From a virus: 64,000 nt of DNA. The DNA lies in IMG/VR virus record IMGVR_UViG_3300037010_002464, one strand, 5' to 3'. This document shows positions 1 through 8,885 of this stretch, piece by piece. The notes beneath the pieces are model-generated. The model did no database searches and was not told the DNA's origin. It saw nothing but the letters and a program-made list of their open reading frames with translations. The stretch's first letter is position 1; each line of letters opens with the position of its first letter. Made by a program: the position numbers and the translations under genes.

Positions 1-651
1 GCAAACAATCATGACCTCTACTGGGCTAGGCGTTGGTGCGCTCGTCGGGACGTCACGCCGTATGAGCACTTCTTCGACCTCAAGAGCTGGTACGGCAGCG
101 ACGAGCAGTTCGAGATTGCGGCCAACTGTCAAACCACCGAGCTCGCTTACACCGGGCAGCTGAAGATGATGCTGGACCTGAACTCGCCTGACCGCGTGTT
201 CATCCATTGCTATGACGAGCCAGGCCTGGTCGCTGATGACAGCGGTCCCGAGCGCGTGTGGAACCTGTACTACAGCGAGCGCCACTATTCAGTGACCAAG
301 TTCCTGACCTATTACGGCATTAACTCGAAGCCGAACGGGTGGATCGACACAAACCTGACCAATGCCTTCATCAGGACGCCGACCATGCAGCTCCTGGTGG
401 CTAACATGTGGCGGCCGCAGATCTGGAGCTCAGAGATGCTCAAGGTCAAGTACTATCAAGGGGCGTTCCCGACGCTCGAAGCTCGGCAAAAGTATACTGG
501 CTTTGAAAACATGCTTGACGTAGTCGTGCCGATCAATCAGCGTTGGAAAATGCTATGTCAAGAGCGGTACGGTACAATCTGGATGGATGACTTCTCTCGC
601 CCGATCAAGGAGGTCTGGGCGGAGCTAGAGAACATAGAGGTAGCAGAATGA
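1..651 (+). CDS. 5'-truncated PP-loop/asparagine-synthase-like family protein, paralog of 2776..3759
   Basis: Frame 1 is open from base 1 (ANNHDLYWARRWC...). Shares NxHD, F-DL--WY and C-terminal KYTGFEN motifs with 2776..3759. Confidence 0.6.
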   Translation, partial: ANNHDLYWARRWCARRDVTPYEHFFDLKSWYGSDEQFEIAANCQTTELAYTGQLKMMLDLNSPDRVFIHCYDEPGLVADDSGPERVWNLYYSERHYSVTKFLTYYGINSKPNGWIDTNLTNAFIRTPTMQLLVANMWRPQIWSSEMLKVKYYQGAFPTLEARQKYTGFENMLDVVVPINQRWKMLCQERYGTIWMDDFSRPIKEVWAELENIEVAE

Positions 652-1433
652 GGGATATGCTTACGAGCTCGCACTTTTGGAAAGTTTGGCTGCCGCCTCA
701 CGTGATTGCGGTAGCCTTGCTGTGGCGCTATGGCTTGCCAGCGTCAACTTTGCTTATGACGTTCGGCTTCTACTGCTTGATTAGCGGCTTGGGTGTAGCT
801 GTCGGCTTGCACCGCTTCTTCTCACATCGGTCGTTCAAGACCAGCAAGGCGTGGGAGCAGGCGATGCTGTTCTTCGGCTTGCTTGCTTGTCATGGCCATG
901 CGCTGTTCTGGGTTGCGCTCCATCGGGGCGTCCATCACCGCTACTCCGACACCGAGAAGGACCTCCACTCGCCGCACGCTCATAGCCTGTGGACCGCGTA
1001 CCAAGGCTATGCCTTTGACAAGGACATCGTCAACAAGGTCTCGTTGCGTTCAGGCATTGACTTCCTCCGTGAGCCTACATGGCAGTGGCAGGTGACCTAC
1101 TACCACTCAGTTCTCTGGGGCACGTGGGCCTTCTTCGCCCTGCTTTGGCTCATCGCTTCGCCGGTCCCGTTATTGGCTTTGACGCTCGCTCAGGTCTGGG
1201 CTATCCACCAAGAGGCCGCTGTCAATGTGCTCGGTCACACGGGCGGCATCGGCACGTACCGTAACTATCAGACCAAGGACTTCTCGGTCAACCGCCCGCT
1301 GTTAAGCCTCATCACTTGGGGGCAAGCCTTGCACAACAACCATCACGGCGACGCCAGCAATCCTGACTTCGGCACGAAGCGGTGGTATGAGTTTGACCCA
1401 TCAATGCTGTGGATCCGAGCAATTCGACAATGA
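648..1433 (+). CDS. Membrane fatty-acid (delta-9-like) desaturase
   Basis: His boxes HRFFSH, HRGVHH...DLHSP and HNNHH; hydrophobic segments; terminal WYEFDP motif. Confidence 0.92.
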   Translation: MRDMLTSSHFWKVWLPPHVIAVALLWRYGLPASTLLMTFGFYCLISGLGVAVGLHRFFSHRSFKTSKAWEQAMLFFGLLACHGHALFWVALHRGVHHRYSDTEKDLHSPHAHSLWTAYQGYAFDKDIVNKVSLRSGIDFLREPTWQWQVTYYHSVLWGTWAFFALLWLIASPVPLLALTLAQVWAIHQEAAVNVLGHTGGIGTYRNYQTKDFSVNRPLLSLITWGQALHNNHHGDASNPDFGTKRWYEFDPSMLWIRAIRQ

Positions 1434-2284
1434 CCGACCTCTACCTCCTGAACCCAGAAGCTGTTAAGCGAGAGTTTGACGAGATCGGAGCTGTTTGGCC
1501 GCTGCGCGTCTTCACGGATGAGCAGGTTGCGGTCTACCGTCAGCACCTGCTTGCTGAGATCTCTGACCGCAATTTGATGGCCTCCGACTACCGCTGCAAG
1601 AGCCAGGTGCTCTTCCCGTGGATGGCTGAGATTGTCAAGTCAGCGGCGATTAGGCACTATGTCGGGGCGGTGCTGGGCGATGACTTCCACTGCTGGGACA
1701 CCCTGTTCTGGGTCAAGGAGCCCAATGACGGCAAGATCGTGTCCTACCACCAAGACGCAACCTACTGGAACTTCGCGCCGAAGGATGCGGTCACGGTCTG
1801 GCTGGCGTTCAACGACGTGACCTGCGAGAGCGGCGCGATCAGGTACCGGCTACGCTCGCACAAGGATAAGAAGCAGCTTGAGCACCATGACGTGCGGAGC
1901 GAGTCGAACCTCCTGATGCGCGGTCAGACGGCTGTTGAGCCTGAGACTGGCAAGCGCCCGCGGCGCCTCATGTCAGCGGAGGTGCCAGCAGGCCACATTA
2001 CGATGCATTCGCCTTACATAGTTCATGGCTCGTCGTCGAACACAAGCTCAGAGCCGCGCCTGGCGTGCGGTATGATCTTCGCCGCGGGCCATGTTAAGCC
2101 GATTGCTAACTTCGCACCCGAGTCGACATTGTGGGTGCAGGGTGAGGACCGTCACGGGCACTTCATCCATGACCCTGTACCGACGGGTGACTGGGACACC
2201 GACCGTGGAAGCTGGCAGGCGGCTTATGATAGGCAGCACGTCAACTACTACAAGATGTCTCCTCATGATAGCCCTTCTCCATGA
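1430..2284 (+). CDS. PhyH-family 2OG-Fe(II) dioxygenase
   Basis: HQDATYW (HxD), TVWLA, VHGSSSN..SEPR motifs; ATGA overlap with the desaturase. Confidence 0.9.
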   Translation: MTDLYLLNPEAVKREFDEIGAVWPLRVFTDEQVAVYRQHLLAEISDRNLMASDYRCKSQVLFPWMAEIVKSAAIRHYVGAVLGDDFHCWDTLFWVKEPNDGKIVSYHQDATYWNFAPKDAVTVWLAFNDVTCESGAIRYRLRSHKDKKQLEHHDVRSESNLLMRGQTAVEPETGKRPRRLMSAEVPAGHITMHSPYIVHGSSSNTSSEPRLACGMIFAAGHVKPIANFAPESTLWVQGEDRHGHFIHDPVPTGDWDTDRGSWQAAYDRQHVNYYKMSPHDSPSP

Positions 2285-2795
2285 CACGCTCTTCGGCCGC
2301 TGGCAAGACCAAGCTGTGAACATCGAGCTGGAGCTGCCTGACGGCTTGCACTTCATGCGTGCGCGCACGTTTGGCTTGAAGGGAAGACTGGGTGGACAGC
2401 ATTCATATGTGGCTTATGTGCGAAACGGCGTGCATACAGTCTTTGAAGTAAGCAGCGCTGAGACGCTAGACTACCAAGAGGTCTCATTTAGGTCATACAT
2501 TCGGCGGCCAGTCGCACCTCTTGAGCAGGTAGTGCTCGCCTCTGACAGGCATGCCGGCCAACGCTGGTTTGGCCACAAGCCTAGGCTGCTGGCTACCGTA
2601 CGCGACGCGGCGCTGTTAGACGTGCTCGACGTAGTCAATGACTACCCAAAGGTAACTACGGGGTTTCACCTCTTTGCCAACAACTGCAACACCTTTGTTT
2701 CGTGGGTTGCATACAACTTTAACGTTAAGCTGCCGTGGACGCCAGGCAGCAAGCGTCACAGCTACTGGAAGAAGCATGCAATACAGCAAGGATAA
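2265..2795 (+). CDS. Permuted papain-like (PPPDE/LRAT/DUF3750-like) peptidase or acyltransferase
   Basis: His (QHSYV) precedes Cys (NNCNTFVSW); RWFG-P-LL segment; start chosen from the overlap with the upstream stop. Confidence 0.6.
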   Translation: MIALLHDTLFGRWQDQAVNIELELPDGLHFMRARTFGLKGRLGGQHSYVAYVRNGVHTVFEVSSAETLDYQEVSFRSYIRRPVAPLEQVVLASDRHAGQRWFGHKPRLLATVRDAALLDVLDVVNDYPKVTTGFHLFANNCNTFVSWVAYNFNVKLPWTPGSKRHSYWKKHAIQQG

Positions 2796-3759
2796 CCACT
2801 ACAAGTGGGGGTGGAATGGCCAGTGGCACAATGACCCAATCGTCGACGGTAAGTTCGCCGTTGAGGTAGCGGGTGTCACTCGTGAGGTCAGGTCGTTTCG
2901 CGAAGAGTGCGGTAACACCGTAGAGGACCTTGCTAACCAATTCACCAAGCCTATTCGTGTGGGCTTGAGCGGCGGCGGGGACTCGCAAGCGGTTTGCCTC
3001 TCGCTTCTGGACCGCAAGATTCTGTTTGAGCCGGTCATCATGCACATACGGGGTCCGAAGGGTGGGATCCGTAACGAGCATGACATCAAGCAAGCATTTG
3101 AGTTCTGTCGAAAGTTTGACCTCAAGCCATTGCTGATTGACCTAGACCTGCAAAAGTTCTATGACGGGCGAGGCCAACAGCTTGCCGCTGAGCACTGCTT
3201 GACCAATGCTCGAGTGCTAGCCCAGCTTTACTTGATCGAGCTATTCAAGGACACCCACGCCTTCATCATGGCTGGCGGCGACATGGTCCTGTCAAAGGGT
3301 TCGAGCTTAGAAGGTGACCCGATTGTTACCTCCTTCGGCCCTACGCCGATTCAACAGCACCTGATCAAGTACGGGATCGAGGGCTGCACGAAGTTCTTCA
3401 TGTACTCGCCTGAATTGATCCTCTCTTACCTTGACCACCCGGCTGTCAAGGGTTTGCGGTTGGCTCATCAAGCTGTCTACTCGTCATTTGACTCGATCAA
3501 GCCTGGCATCGCCCAATCATGGACCTGCTTTAGCTACTTCATCAAGCCATGCATGTATGTCGAGCAGTTCCCTGAGCTGGTGCAAGCGATGAAATATACA
3601 GGCTTTGAGAACGCTAATGACCTGGTGTCAGAGGGGCAAGCCTTGATGAACATCGTGACGCGTCAGTTCAAGCCGCTAGACCAGAAGATCATCGTGACGC
3701 TCGAGACCTTCATCGAAGGCCTTAAGAGCGGCGAGGCAAGGCTCTATGCAGCTCCTTAA
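2776..3759 (+). CDS. PP-loop (N-type ATP pyrophosphatase/asparagine-synthase-like) protein
   Basis: VGLSGGGDSQ PP-loop; C-terminal KYTGFEN shared with 1..651. Confidence 0.7.
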   Translation: MQYSKDNHYKWGWNGQWHNDPIVDGKFAVEVAGVTREVRSFREECGNTVEDLANQFTKPIRVGLSGGGDSQAVCLSLLDRKILFEPVIMHIRGPKGGIRNEHDIKQAFEFCRKFDLKPLLIDLDLQKFYDGRGQQLAAEHCLTNARVLAQLYLIELFKDTHAFIMAGGDMVLSKGSSLEGDPIVTSFGPTPIQQHLIKYGIEGCTKFFMYSPELILSYLDHPAVKGLRLAHQAVYSSFDSIKPGIAQSWTCFSYFIKPCMYVEQFPELVQAMKYTGFENANDLVSEGQALMNIVTRQFKPLDQKIIVTLETFIEGLKSGEARLYAAP

Positions 3760-4168
3760 AGTTGTCAGCGAGGACTCGCTTGCGCATTCGAAGGCCTTCG
3801 TCTTCGTGCTCGAGGAGTACCTCGCTCTCGTCAAGGCAGGCCACGCAGACTATGACTTGCCGTTCACGAACGGTTCTCTGGTAGCCTATGCGCTGTTGGG
3901 TGACCAGGTGATCGGCGCGTCGGTCTGGAGCTATGACCCTCCTAAGCGTGCGGCGTGGGTGCTGTTCTCTGCGGTGGCTGAAGAGCACCGCAAACAAGGC
4001 ATCTACAAGCAGCTCATCCACTTCGTTGAGCAGCAAGCAATTCGCAAGGGTGCGGCAGCGCTCTACTCAGGCGTGCATGTCACCAATGACGCCATGATCG
4101 CGGCGGCTCAAGCCAGCGGCAGAACCCTAGGCTGGTATCGTACAAAGAAGCCGCTTTCAGCTAAATAG
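3746..4168 (+). CDS. GNAT acetyltransferase
   Basis: V-EEHRKQGIY acetyl-CoA motif A; VHVTN-AM motif B. Confidence 0.85.
   Translation: MQLLKVVSEDSLAHSKAFVFVLEEYLALVKAGHADYDLPFTNGSLVAYALLGDQVIGASVWSYDPPKRAAWVLFSAVAEEHRKQGIYKQLIHFVEQQAIRKGAAALYSGVHVTNDAMIAAAQASGRTLGWYRTKKPLSAK
4162..4167 (+). promoter_or_regulatory. T4-late-like promoter box TAAATA (representative of about 20 copies)
   Basis: TAAATA lies just upstream of genes on + at 4162, 8875, 11155, 14717, 15918, 21375, 25111/25125, 25660, 29804, 30223, 35270, 46880 and on - at 5668, 8534, 27190, 37837, 41046, 49172, 56220, 56661, 61564. Resembles the T4 late TATAAATA. Confidence 0.8.
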
Positions 4169-4172
4169 CGGC

Positions 4173-4532
4173 ATGGATATCACACCTTACACCAATCAAA
4201 TCGCCTTCATTGCCTGTGGCATGTTTGGCGGCTTCGCCCACTATCTGAAGAAGTACCTACGCAAGGAGACCGACGTCGGCTTGTTTGACTGGTACGGCAA
4301 GGAAAACCTGGCAGCTACCCTTTACACGGTCATCGTCTTCCTCTTCGCGATGATCGGAGCCCTTGCAGGCGACATCGTCAACGCTGACATGAGCTTCTGG
4401 GCAACCCTGTACACAGGCTTTGTTACAGGCTTCGCAATCGATGCTGGCTTCAACTCGGACGCTAAGATCTCTGACGAGATCAAGGGTGCTCGTGAAGAGT
4501 CCCGCGCTGCCACGAAGAAGGACGGCGAGTAA
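4173..4532 (+). CDS. Putative holin
   Basis: Three hydrophobic segments and a charged C-tail; directly upstream of a spanin pair. Confidence 0.6.
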   Translation: MDITPYTNQIAFIACGMFGGFAHYLKKYLRKETDVGLFDWYGKENLAATLYTVIVFLFAMIGALAGDIVNADMSFWATLYTGFVTGFAIDAGFNSDAKISDEIKGAREESRAATKKDGE

Positions 4533-4542
4533 GCTCGCATCA

Positions 4543-4563
4543 CCGCCTGTCACTGACAGGCGG
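4543..4563. repeat. Perfect 10-bp inverted repeat between holin and spanin genes
   Basis: CCGCCTGTCA-C-TGACAGGCGG; no U-tract. Confidence 0.7.
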
Positions 4564-4581
4564 CTCTTAACACATACATAT

Positions 4582-4989
4582 ATGCCTTTCCTCCTCTCCC
4601 TTCTCGGCAACCGATTTGTGCTCTTCGGACTAATTGCGGCTTTAATTAGCGGTGGCGTCTGGTTCAAGGTGCACAGCCTTCAAAGCAAGCTCGATGACGA
4701 GGTAGCCATCGTTCAGCGCGTGCAGGCTGACAATGCCACGTTGAAGCTAAGTCTTCAGACAGCGATGGCGGTCAATGACTCAAACTTGGCTGAGCTGGCA
4801 AAGCTGCAGGCTGATCAAGCATTAGCCATCAAAGCCCTTGAAGGCGTCAAGACTGACTTGTCAGTCGCTAAGGCTGGCCTTGCGGACGCCCGCAAGCGCA
4901 TCGCTACCAAGCAGGCCTCGCCTGTGCCACCGAACATCGTCGACGCGGTGACGGCGATCCAGCAAGCACGTGACCAAGGAGCGAAGTGA
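4582..4989 (+). CDS. Inner-membrane spanin (Rz-like)
   Basis: N-terminal TM helix followed by a long coiled-coil; followed by a lipoprotein gene. Confidence 0.75.
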   Translation: MPFLLSLLGNRFVLFGLIAALISGGVWFKVHSLQSKLDDEVAIVQRVQADNATLKLSLQTAMAVNDSNLAELAKLQADQALAIKALEGVKTDLSVAKAGLADARKRIATKQASPVPPNIVDAVTAIQQARDQGAK

Positions 4990-5297
4990 TGAGAGCCCTG
5001 ACATTAGTCCTCCTGCTCGCGTTGACAGGTTGCTGCACGCCCAAGCCTGAGCAACCTGTGATGGTGCGCATCGAGCGCGTAGTCACGCCAATTCCGCAAG
5101 AGCTGCTGACCGTTCCTGCCCCTGTCCCTGCGCTTACGGCCGATGAGCTACGCAAGGATGACCGGGCTGTAGCGCGGTGGATGTTTGACTCAGAGATGCG
5201 GGCGGTGCTGCTTGAGTCTCAGTTGCGGCGAATCGCCGAGCTGTATGTCAAGCAGGTGAAGGAAGCCGAAGAGGCCAACAAGGCTAAGAAGCCTTAA
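4986..5297 (+). CDS. Outer-membrane lipoprotein spanin (Rz1-like)
   Basis: Lipobox LALTGC, Pro-rich mature part (P-ELL-VPAP), overlaps the i-spanin stop. Confidence 0.8.
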   Translation: MMRALTLVLLLALTGCCTPKPEQPVMVRIERVVTPIPQELLTVPAPVPALTADELRKDDRAVARWMFDSEMRAVLLESQLRRIAELYVKQVKEAEEANKAKKP

Positions 5298-5659
5298 CGC
5301 TCCATCCAGTTCGTGTTGCGCCGGTTGGCGATCTTGAACTTATCGCAGAAGAGCGTGAACAGCTCAGCGATGCACCGCTTCGCTGGCATCGTCAGCTTAA
5401 AGTCGGGGTCATACTTCTCAAGGCTGGAGACCTTCAGCAACTTTGGGAAGATGTAGACGTTCTCGCCTTCGGCTGTCTTGTGGCCGTCCCGGCTCATCTC
5501 ACGTGCATCGCCGTTCCAAGCAAGCTTCAGCTGCTTCTCGAGCTTTGGCCACGTGCTGACCAGGTCCTTGTAAGCCCTGACGTTCGTCAGGTCTTGCTCG
5601 GTAGGGACACCACCCTTCGAGTCGAGAAATTCTAAGAGCGATTCAAGCAGCTGAAACAT
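5294..5659 (-). CDS. Hypothetical late protein
   Basis: ORF; ATG 8 nt after TAAATA (5668-5673). Confidence 0.6.
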   Translation of the reverse strand: MFQLLESLLEFLDSKGGVPTEQDLTNVRAYKDLVSTWPKLEKQLKLAWNGDAREMSRDGHKTAEGENVYIFPKLLKVSSLEKYDPDFKLTMPAKRCIAELFTLFCDKFKIANRRNTNWMER

Positions 5660-5670
5660 GATGTCAATAT

Positions 5671-6246
5671 TTAGCCGAGATCGGCCCAAGTGACAGCCAA
5701 GTCGCCGTAGTTGATAGTCAAAGTGACCTCTGCGATGCCACGCTTGCCGTCACGATCGGCGATCACTTCAAGCTGTGCTCCCTTGAGAAAGGCGATCAGC
5801 GTGGCAGCTGTAGGATGCTCAGCTGCCAGCTCGTCAAACTTCTTACCCTCCCAGCGCGGCACAGAGAGGCGAAGTACCTCGCCAACTGAGCTTTTCCCAC
5901 CTGCATAGTCTAGGCCGCTATACAGCGTGTTGCTAACCTTACAGCCGATGAAGGATGCGGTCTTGATCACTGTGTTATTGCCGTCTAAGTACTCAATGTC
6001 GAGCGTGAAGTTAGACAGCTTGGTAAGCTGTTGCACCGCACGACCCGCATGGCCGGTGATGTCCTCTTCAATGACCACCGCAATGCCTTTGTAGAGGCCA
6101 AACTCAGACGTACGAACTAGCTGAGCGGTCAACGGGTCACCGTACGGCAATGCTTCACCTTCGGGGGTCTTGAAGACAGCACGAAACCGATTGACTTGTA
6201 GTGGGTGCAGGATGCCTGCGCTTAGCGGGTGCTTGACGGTGGTCAT
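5671..6246 (-). CDS. Tail tube (gp19-like) paralog
   Basis: ILHP-..NRFR-F, EEDI, IEYLDGN, F-GC...GLDY pattern resembling myophage tube proteins. Confidence 0.5.
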   Translation of the reverse strand: MTTVKHPLSAGILHPLQVNRFRAVFKTPEGEALPYGDPLTAQLVRTSEFGLYKGIAVVIEEDITGHAGRAVQQLTKLSNFTLDIEYLDGNNTVIKTASFIGCKVSNTLYSGLDYAGGKSSVGEVLRLSVPRWEGKKFDELAAEHPTAATLIAFLKGAQLEVIADRDGKRGIAEVTLTINYGDLAVTWADLG

Positions 6247-6251
6247 ATATT

Positions 6252-6836
6252 TTATCCCTTTGATGCTTGAATCTTGACGTACTGTAGAGTTTCATTAATC
6301 CGGCGCAGCCAACCGTTCAAATACTTCGCTTGCACAGGGTTGTGCTCTACAATTGACCGATAGAAAGCGGTACGAGCTTCAGCGATCTTGTTGCAGACGA
6401 CCAGCTGGTCGAGCGCCTTGACCTTGTTGAGGGTGGCTGGCCCAATGTCACCGTCTGGCGTAGCGCCGACAGCCTTTTGCAGCATGGTTGCGGCCCGCCC
6501 AACGCCGTGGTTGACGCACCCGTCAAAGTGCATTAGGGCTACCAGCTTAGGCATGTCTTGACAGTCGCCTGGCAGCCAGTAGCGCTTCATGTAGACACGC
6601 TTAGCGCCTTCCCAGTCTAGCGCTGCGATGTTGAGGTCTGGGTTGGCCGCCTTAGCAACGCCGAACTTGGTCTCACCGCCGTGGTCATCCGGGTCATTCG
6701 TATAGCCTACGGCCTTACGTTGGGCTTGGGTCTTGATCAGGCCTTCTCGCACACCCGGCGTCTCGAGGTTCCAGAAGCCGCCTACCTCATAGAGCATGGC
6801 GCGGCTGAGTGCTTGTTCAAAGAGGTCAATTGTCAT
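6252..6836 (-). CDS. Endolysin, GH108 lysozyme with peptidoglycan-binding domain
   Basis: E..GG, DPDDHGGETKFGV, Y-KRYW, FD-CVNHG, DGDIGPAT, GWLRR. Confidence 0.9.
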   Translation of the reverse strand: MTIDLFEQALSRAMLYEVGGFWNLETPGVREGLIKTQAQRKAVGYTNDPDDHGGETKFGVAKAANPDLNIAALDWEGAKRVYMKRYWLPGDCQDMPKLVALMHFDGCVNHGVGRAATMLQKAVGATPDGDIGPATLNKVKALDQLVVCNKIAEARTAFYRSIVEHNPVQAKYLNGWLRRINETLQYVKIQASKG

Positions 6837-6910
6837 GTTTGATGTTTCCGTTTTTGATTTGTCGCTCGATGAATTCCAAGATGTTATCAGCACCGAAATC
6901 CCCAGGCTCA

Positions 6911-7293
6911 TTACCCCCAGGCGTCCCAACTACCTTCTTCGAGAATTGCTACATAAAATGCATCAGCATATGACTTATACTGAACATTGGCCTCGCAGAT
7001 AGTGATGGCAGGGTGGACATTTTCAAAGGTCACATCGATGGCTGGAAGGTCATGCTGTTCCATGACCTCTTCAAAACGTTTCCGAATGACCTCCTCCCAC
7101 TCGTCTTGGGAGATGCGCGTGTTGTAAGGGTTGTAGAAGATCTTGTCTAGTTGGTAGCAAGGACCGTCATTGGCCTTTGTGACCTTCAGGCCACCGTCGC
7201 TCTGGAGCTTGAAGTCCCAGTCGTCAGGGAACGTGTCGATGAAGTCTTGCTGCATCTTGAGCAGTCGCTTCTTGTCAGGCGATCGAGCTTCAT
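6911..7293 (-). pseudogene. MKL/LKxQQ-family protein, frameshifted at the N-terminus; tandem paralog of 7290..7724
   Basis: ATG AAG CTC at 7293 (ATGA overlap) is 38 nt out of frame with EARSPDKKRLLKMQQDFIDTFPD. Could still be expressed from ATG 7255. Confidence 0.55.
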
Positions 7294-7724
7294 GATGCGG
7301 TCAGCTCATTAATGCGAGCCCAGATATCATCGGCTACGAATGAGTTACCGTATTGGTTCCAGGCATAGTCGCCGCCGTAGTCTCGCACGTAGTACTCGAA
7401 TGCGGCAGTATAAGAGGGGAACTCAAGCTGCGCGTCCTCAAGATATCCGCGCACCACCTTGCCGCCGGTAACCTTGACGTCAATCTTCCGTTTCTTGTAG
7501 TCGGCCTCAATTTCAGCTCGAGCTCGAGGTGCTGACTTGACGCTTTGATCAGGCAGCCCGATCTCATCCTCTGTGGCATACATCGGAGTGGTATCATCCT
7601 CTACCGATGCTTCAAGCTTACCATCATTTGTGATCTTGAAGCTCCAGCCATCCGGAAACGTGTCGATGAAGTCCTGTTGAGCCTTTAGCAAGTCAGCCTT
7701 GGATAAGATTTCAGCCAGCTTCAT
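7290..7724 (-). CDS. MKL/LKxQQ-family small protein
   Basis: MKLAEILSKADLLKAQQDFIDTFPDGW; paralog of the downstream gene. Confidence 0.7.
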   Translation of the reverse strand: MKLAEILSKADLLKAQQDFIDTFPDGWSFKITNDGKLEASVEDDTTPMYATEDEIGLPDQSVKSAPRARAEIEADYKKRKIDVKVTGGKVVRGYLEDAQLEFPSYTAAFEYYVRDYGGDYAWNQYGNSFVADDIWARINELTAS

Positions 7725-7740
7725 CCGAACCTCACGATAA

Positions 7741-7895
7741 GCTTGCTTAGCTTGACGCTCCAACGCACGAAGATGAGCTTCTTACCCAGGGAGAACCTGA
7801 AGCCGCGGGAAGTACCCCACTCGGCTGTTGGGTAGAAGTTGAAGCCCCGCTTAAGGATATACCGCCTTCGGGTGTTACGTTGAAGCCTAGCATAG
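7741..7895 (+). ncRNA. Candidate structured RNA in intergenic gap, antisense to flanking genes
   Basis: Nested stems CAACG/CGTTG, AGCTTCTTACCCAG/TTGGGTAGAAGTT, AGCCG/CGGCT and a c(UUCG)g hairpin; G-U pairs favour the + strand. Confidence 0.45.
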
Positions 7896-7896
7896 G

Positions 7897-8526
7897 TCAG
7901 ACCACGTCGTTGAACCAACTTCTGAAGTCGCCTGGGAAGTTAGCCGGGTTGTAAAGCCAAAGGCCTTGCGAGTGCACGTAGAACTTTGCGAGCTGCAGCT
8001 CGCCGACGAGCACTGAGGTCGTGGCTTGGATGAACCGCTCGCAAGAGGGGAAGATGACAAGCGTGCCAGCCTGAGGCTGGAAGCTAAAGTTATAGACGGG
8101 GAACTCAAGCTTCCCGCCGTAGACGTGCTGCTTGAGGTTGAAGGGAGGGGTGTCCTGGTAGTCTTTCAACCAGATGATGCAGGAGAGGTCACGGCCTGAA
8201 ACTCGTGCCCACTTCTTCCGCTTGTAAACCGCGTTGTCACAGTGCGGGGCTTCTGCCAGCTTCGCATTTGAGGTCGGAAACTGCTGGAACTGAATGGTCT
8301 CGGTGGCCTTGTGCTTGATGTCGTAGTGCTCTTCGATGAGCGGAATCAGCGGCTTGAACTTGTTGTAGATCAGGTCCTCCGACGCCTTATGGGCACGAGC
8401 CATAGGTAGAGGCCGCCCTTCTGAGTCCTTGTCTGGCTCGACGACTCGTGTTTGGTCGGCGATACGTGCTACTTCTTCAGGTGTGAGGAAGCCTTGCTGG
8501 ATGATGAAAGGCGAACGATATGTCAT
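7897..8526 (-). CDS. 2OG-Fe(II) oxygenase-like (prolyl-4-hydroxylase-type) protein
   Basis: PHCDN, RDLSCIIWL, YGGKLEFP, P-AGTLVIFPS; distal His apparently absent. Confidence 0.75.
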   Translation of the reverse strand: MTYRSPFIIQQGFLTPEEVARIADQTRVVEPDKDSEGRPLPMARAHKASEDLIYNKFKPLIPLIEEHYDIKHKATETIQFQQFPTSNAKLAEAPHCDNAVYKRKKWARVSGRDLSCIIWLKDYQDTPPFNLKQHVYGGKLEFPVYNFSFQPQAGTLVIFPSCERFIQATTSVLVGELQLAKFYVHSQGLWLYNPANFPGDFRSWFNDVV

Positions 8527-8639
8527 ATGAGGCTATTTAGGATTGCGGAGGAATCTGTGCAAAACTGAGTTGTCGCTACATGTCCTTTGCATGTCCCAAC
8601 GCAGCATCACATGTGTGAATAGCGATCTCCTTACTATGA

Positions 8640-8882
8640 TCCTTTGTATAGAAGATGCCTTCTTCACGGACATCAGGTGATGTCAAGCTCAAGACTGTCA
8701 ACAATAAGCCTCTGTGGGCGCTGATCTTTGTGCACTATGGGCACATGTACCAAGTAAAGGTGCACCCATGGCTCACGTCGACGACGTTGACAAGGATTAC
8801 GCGGTCGAGTACACCTCAACTACGCCAGAGGACGTGCTTCGATACATCAATGAAGCAAACATTCCTGGTCCGCATAAATAGC
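8640..8882 (+). pseudogene. Probable frameshifted small gene
   Basis: Protein-like text switches frame near 8770 (PLWALIFVHYGHMYQVKV then VDDVDKDYAVEYTSTTPEDVLRYINE). Confidence 0.35.
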
Positions 8883-8885
8883 TGA

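Noticed and set aside
6911-7724. Diversity-generating retroelement explaining the paralog family
   Set aside because: No reverse transcriptase in the window and no template/variable repeat pair with adenine-specific differences; similarity is mostly at protein level.
7793-7840. Hammerhead ribozyme core
   Set aside because: CUGAAG lacks the CUGAnGA/GAAA consensus.
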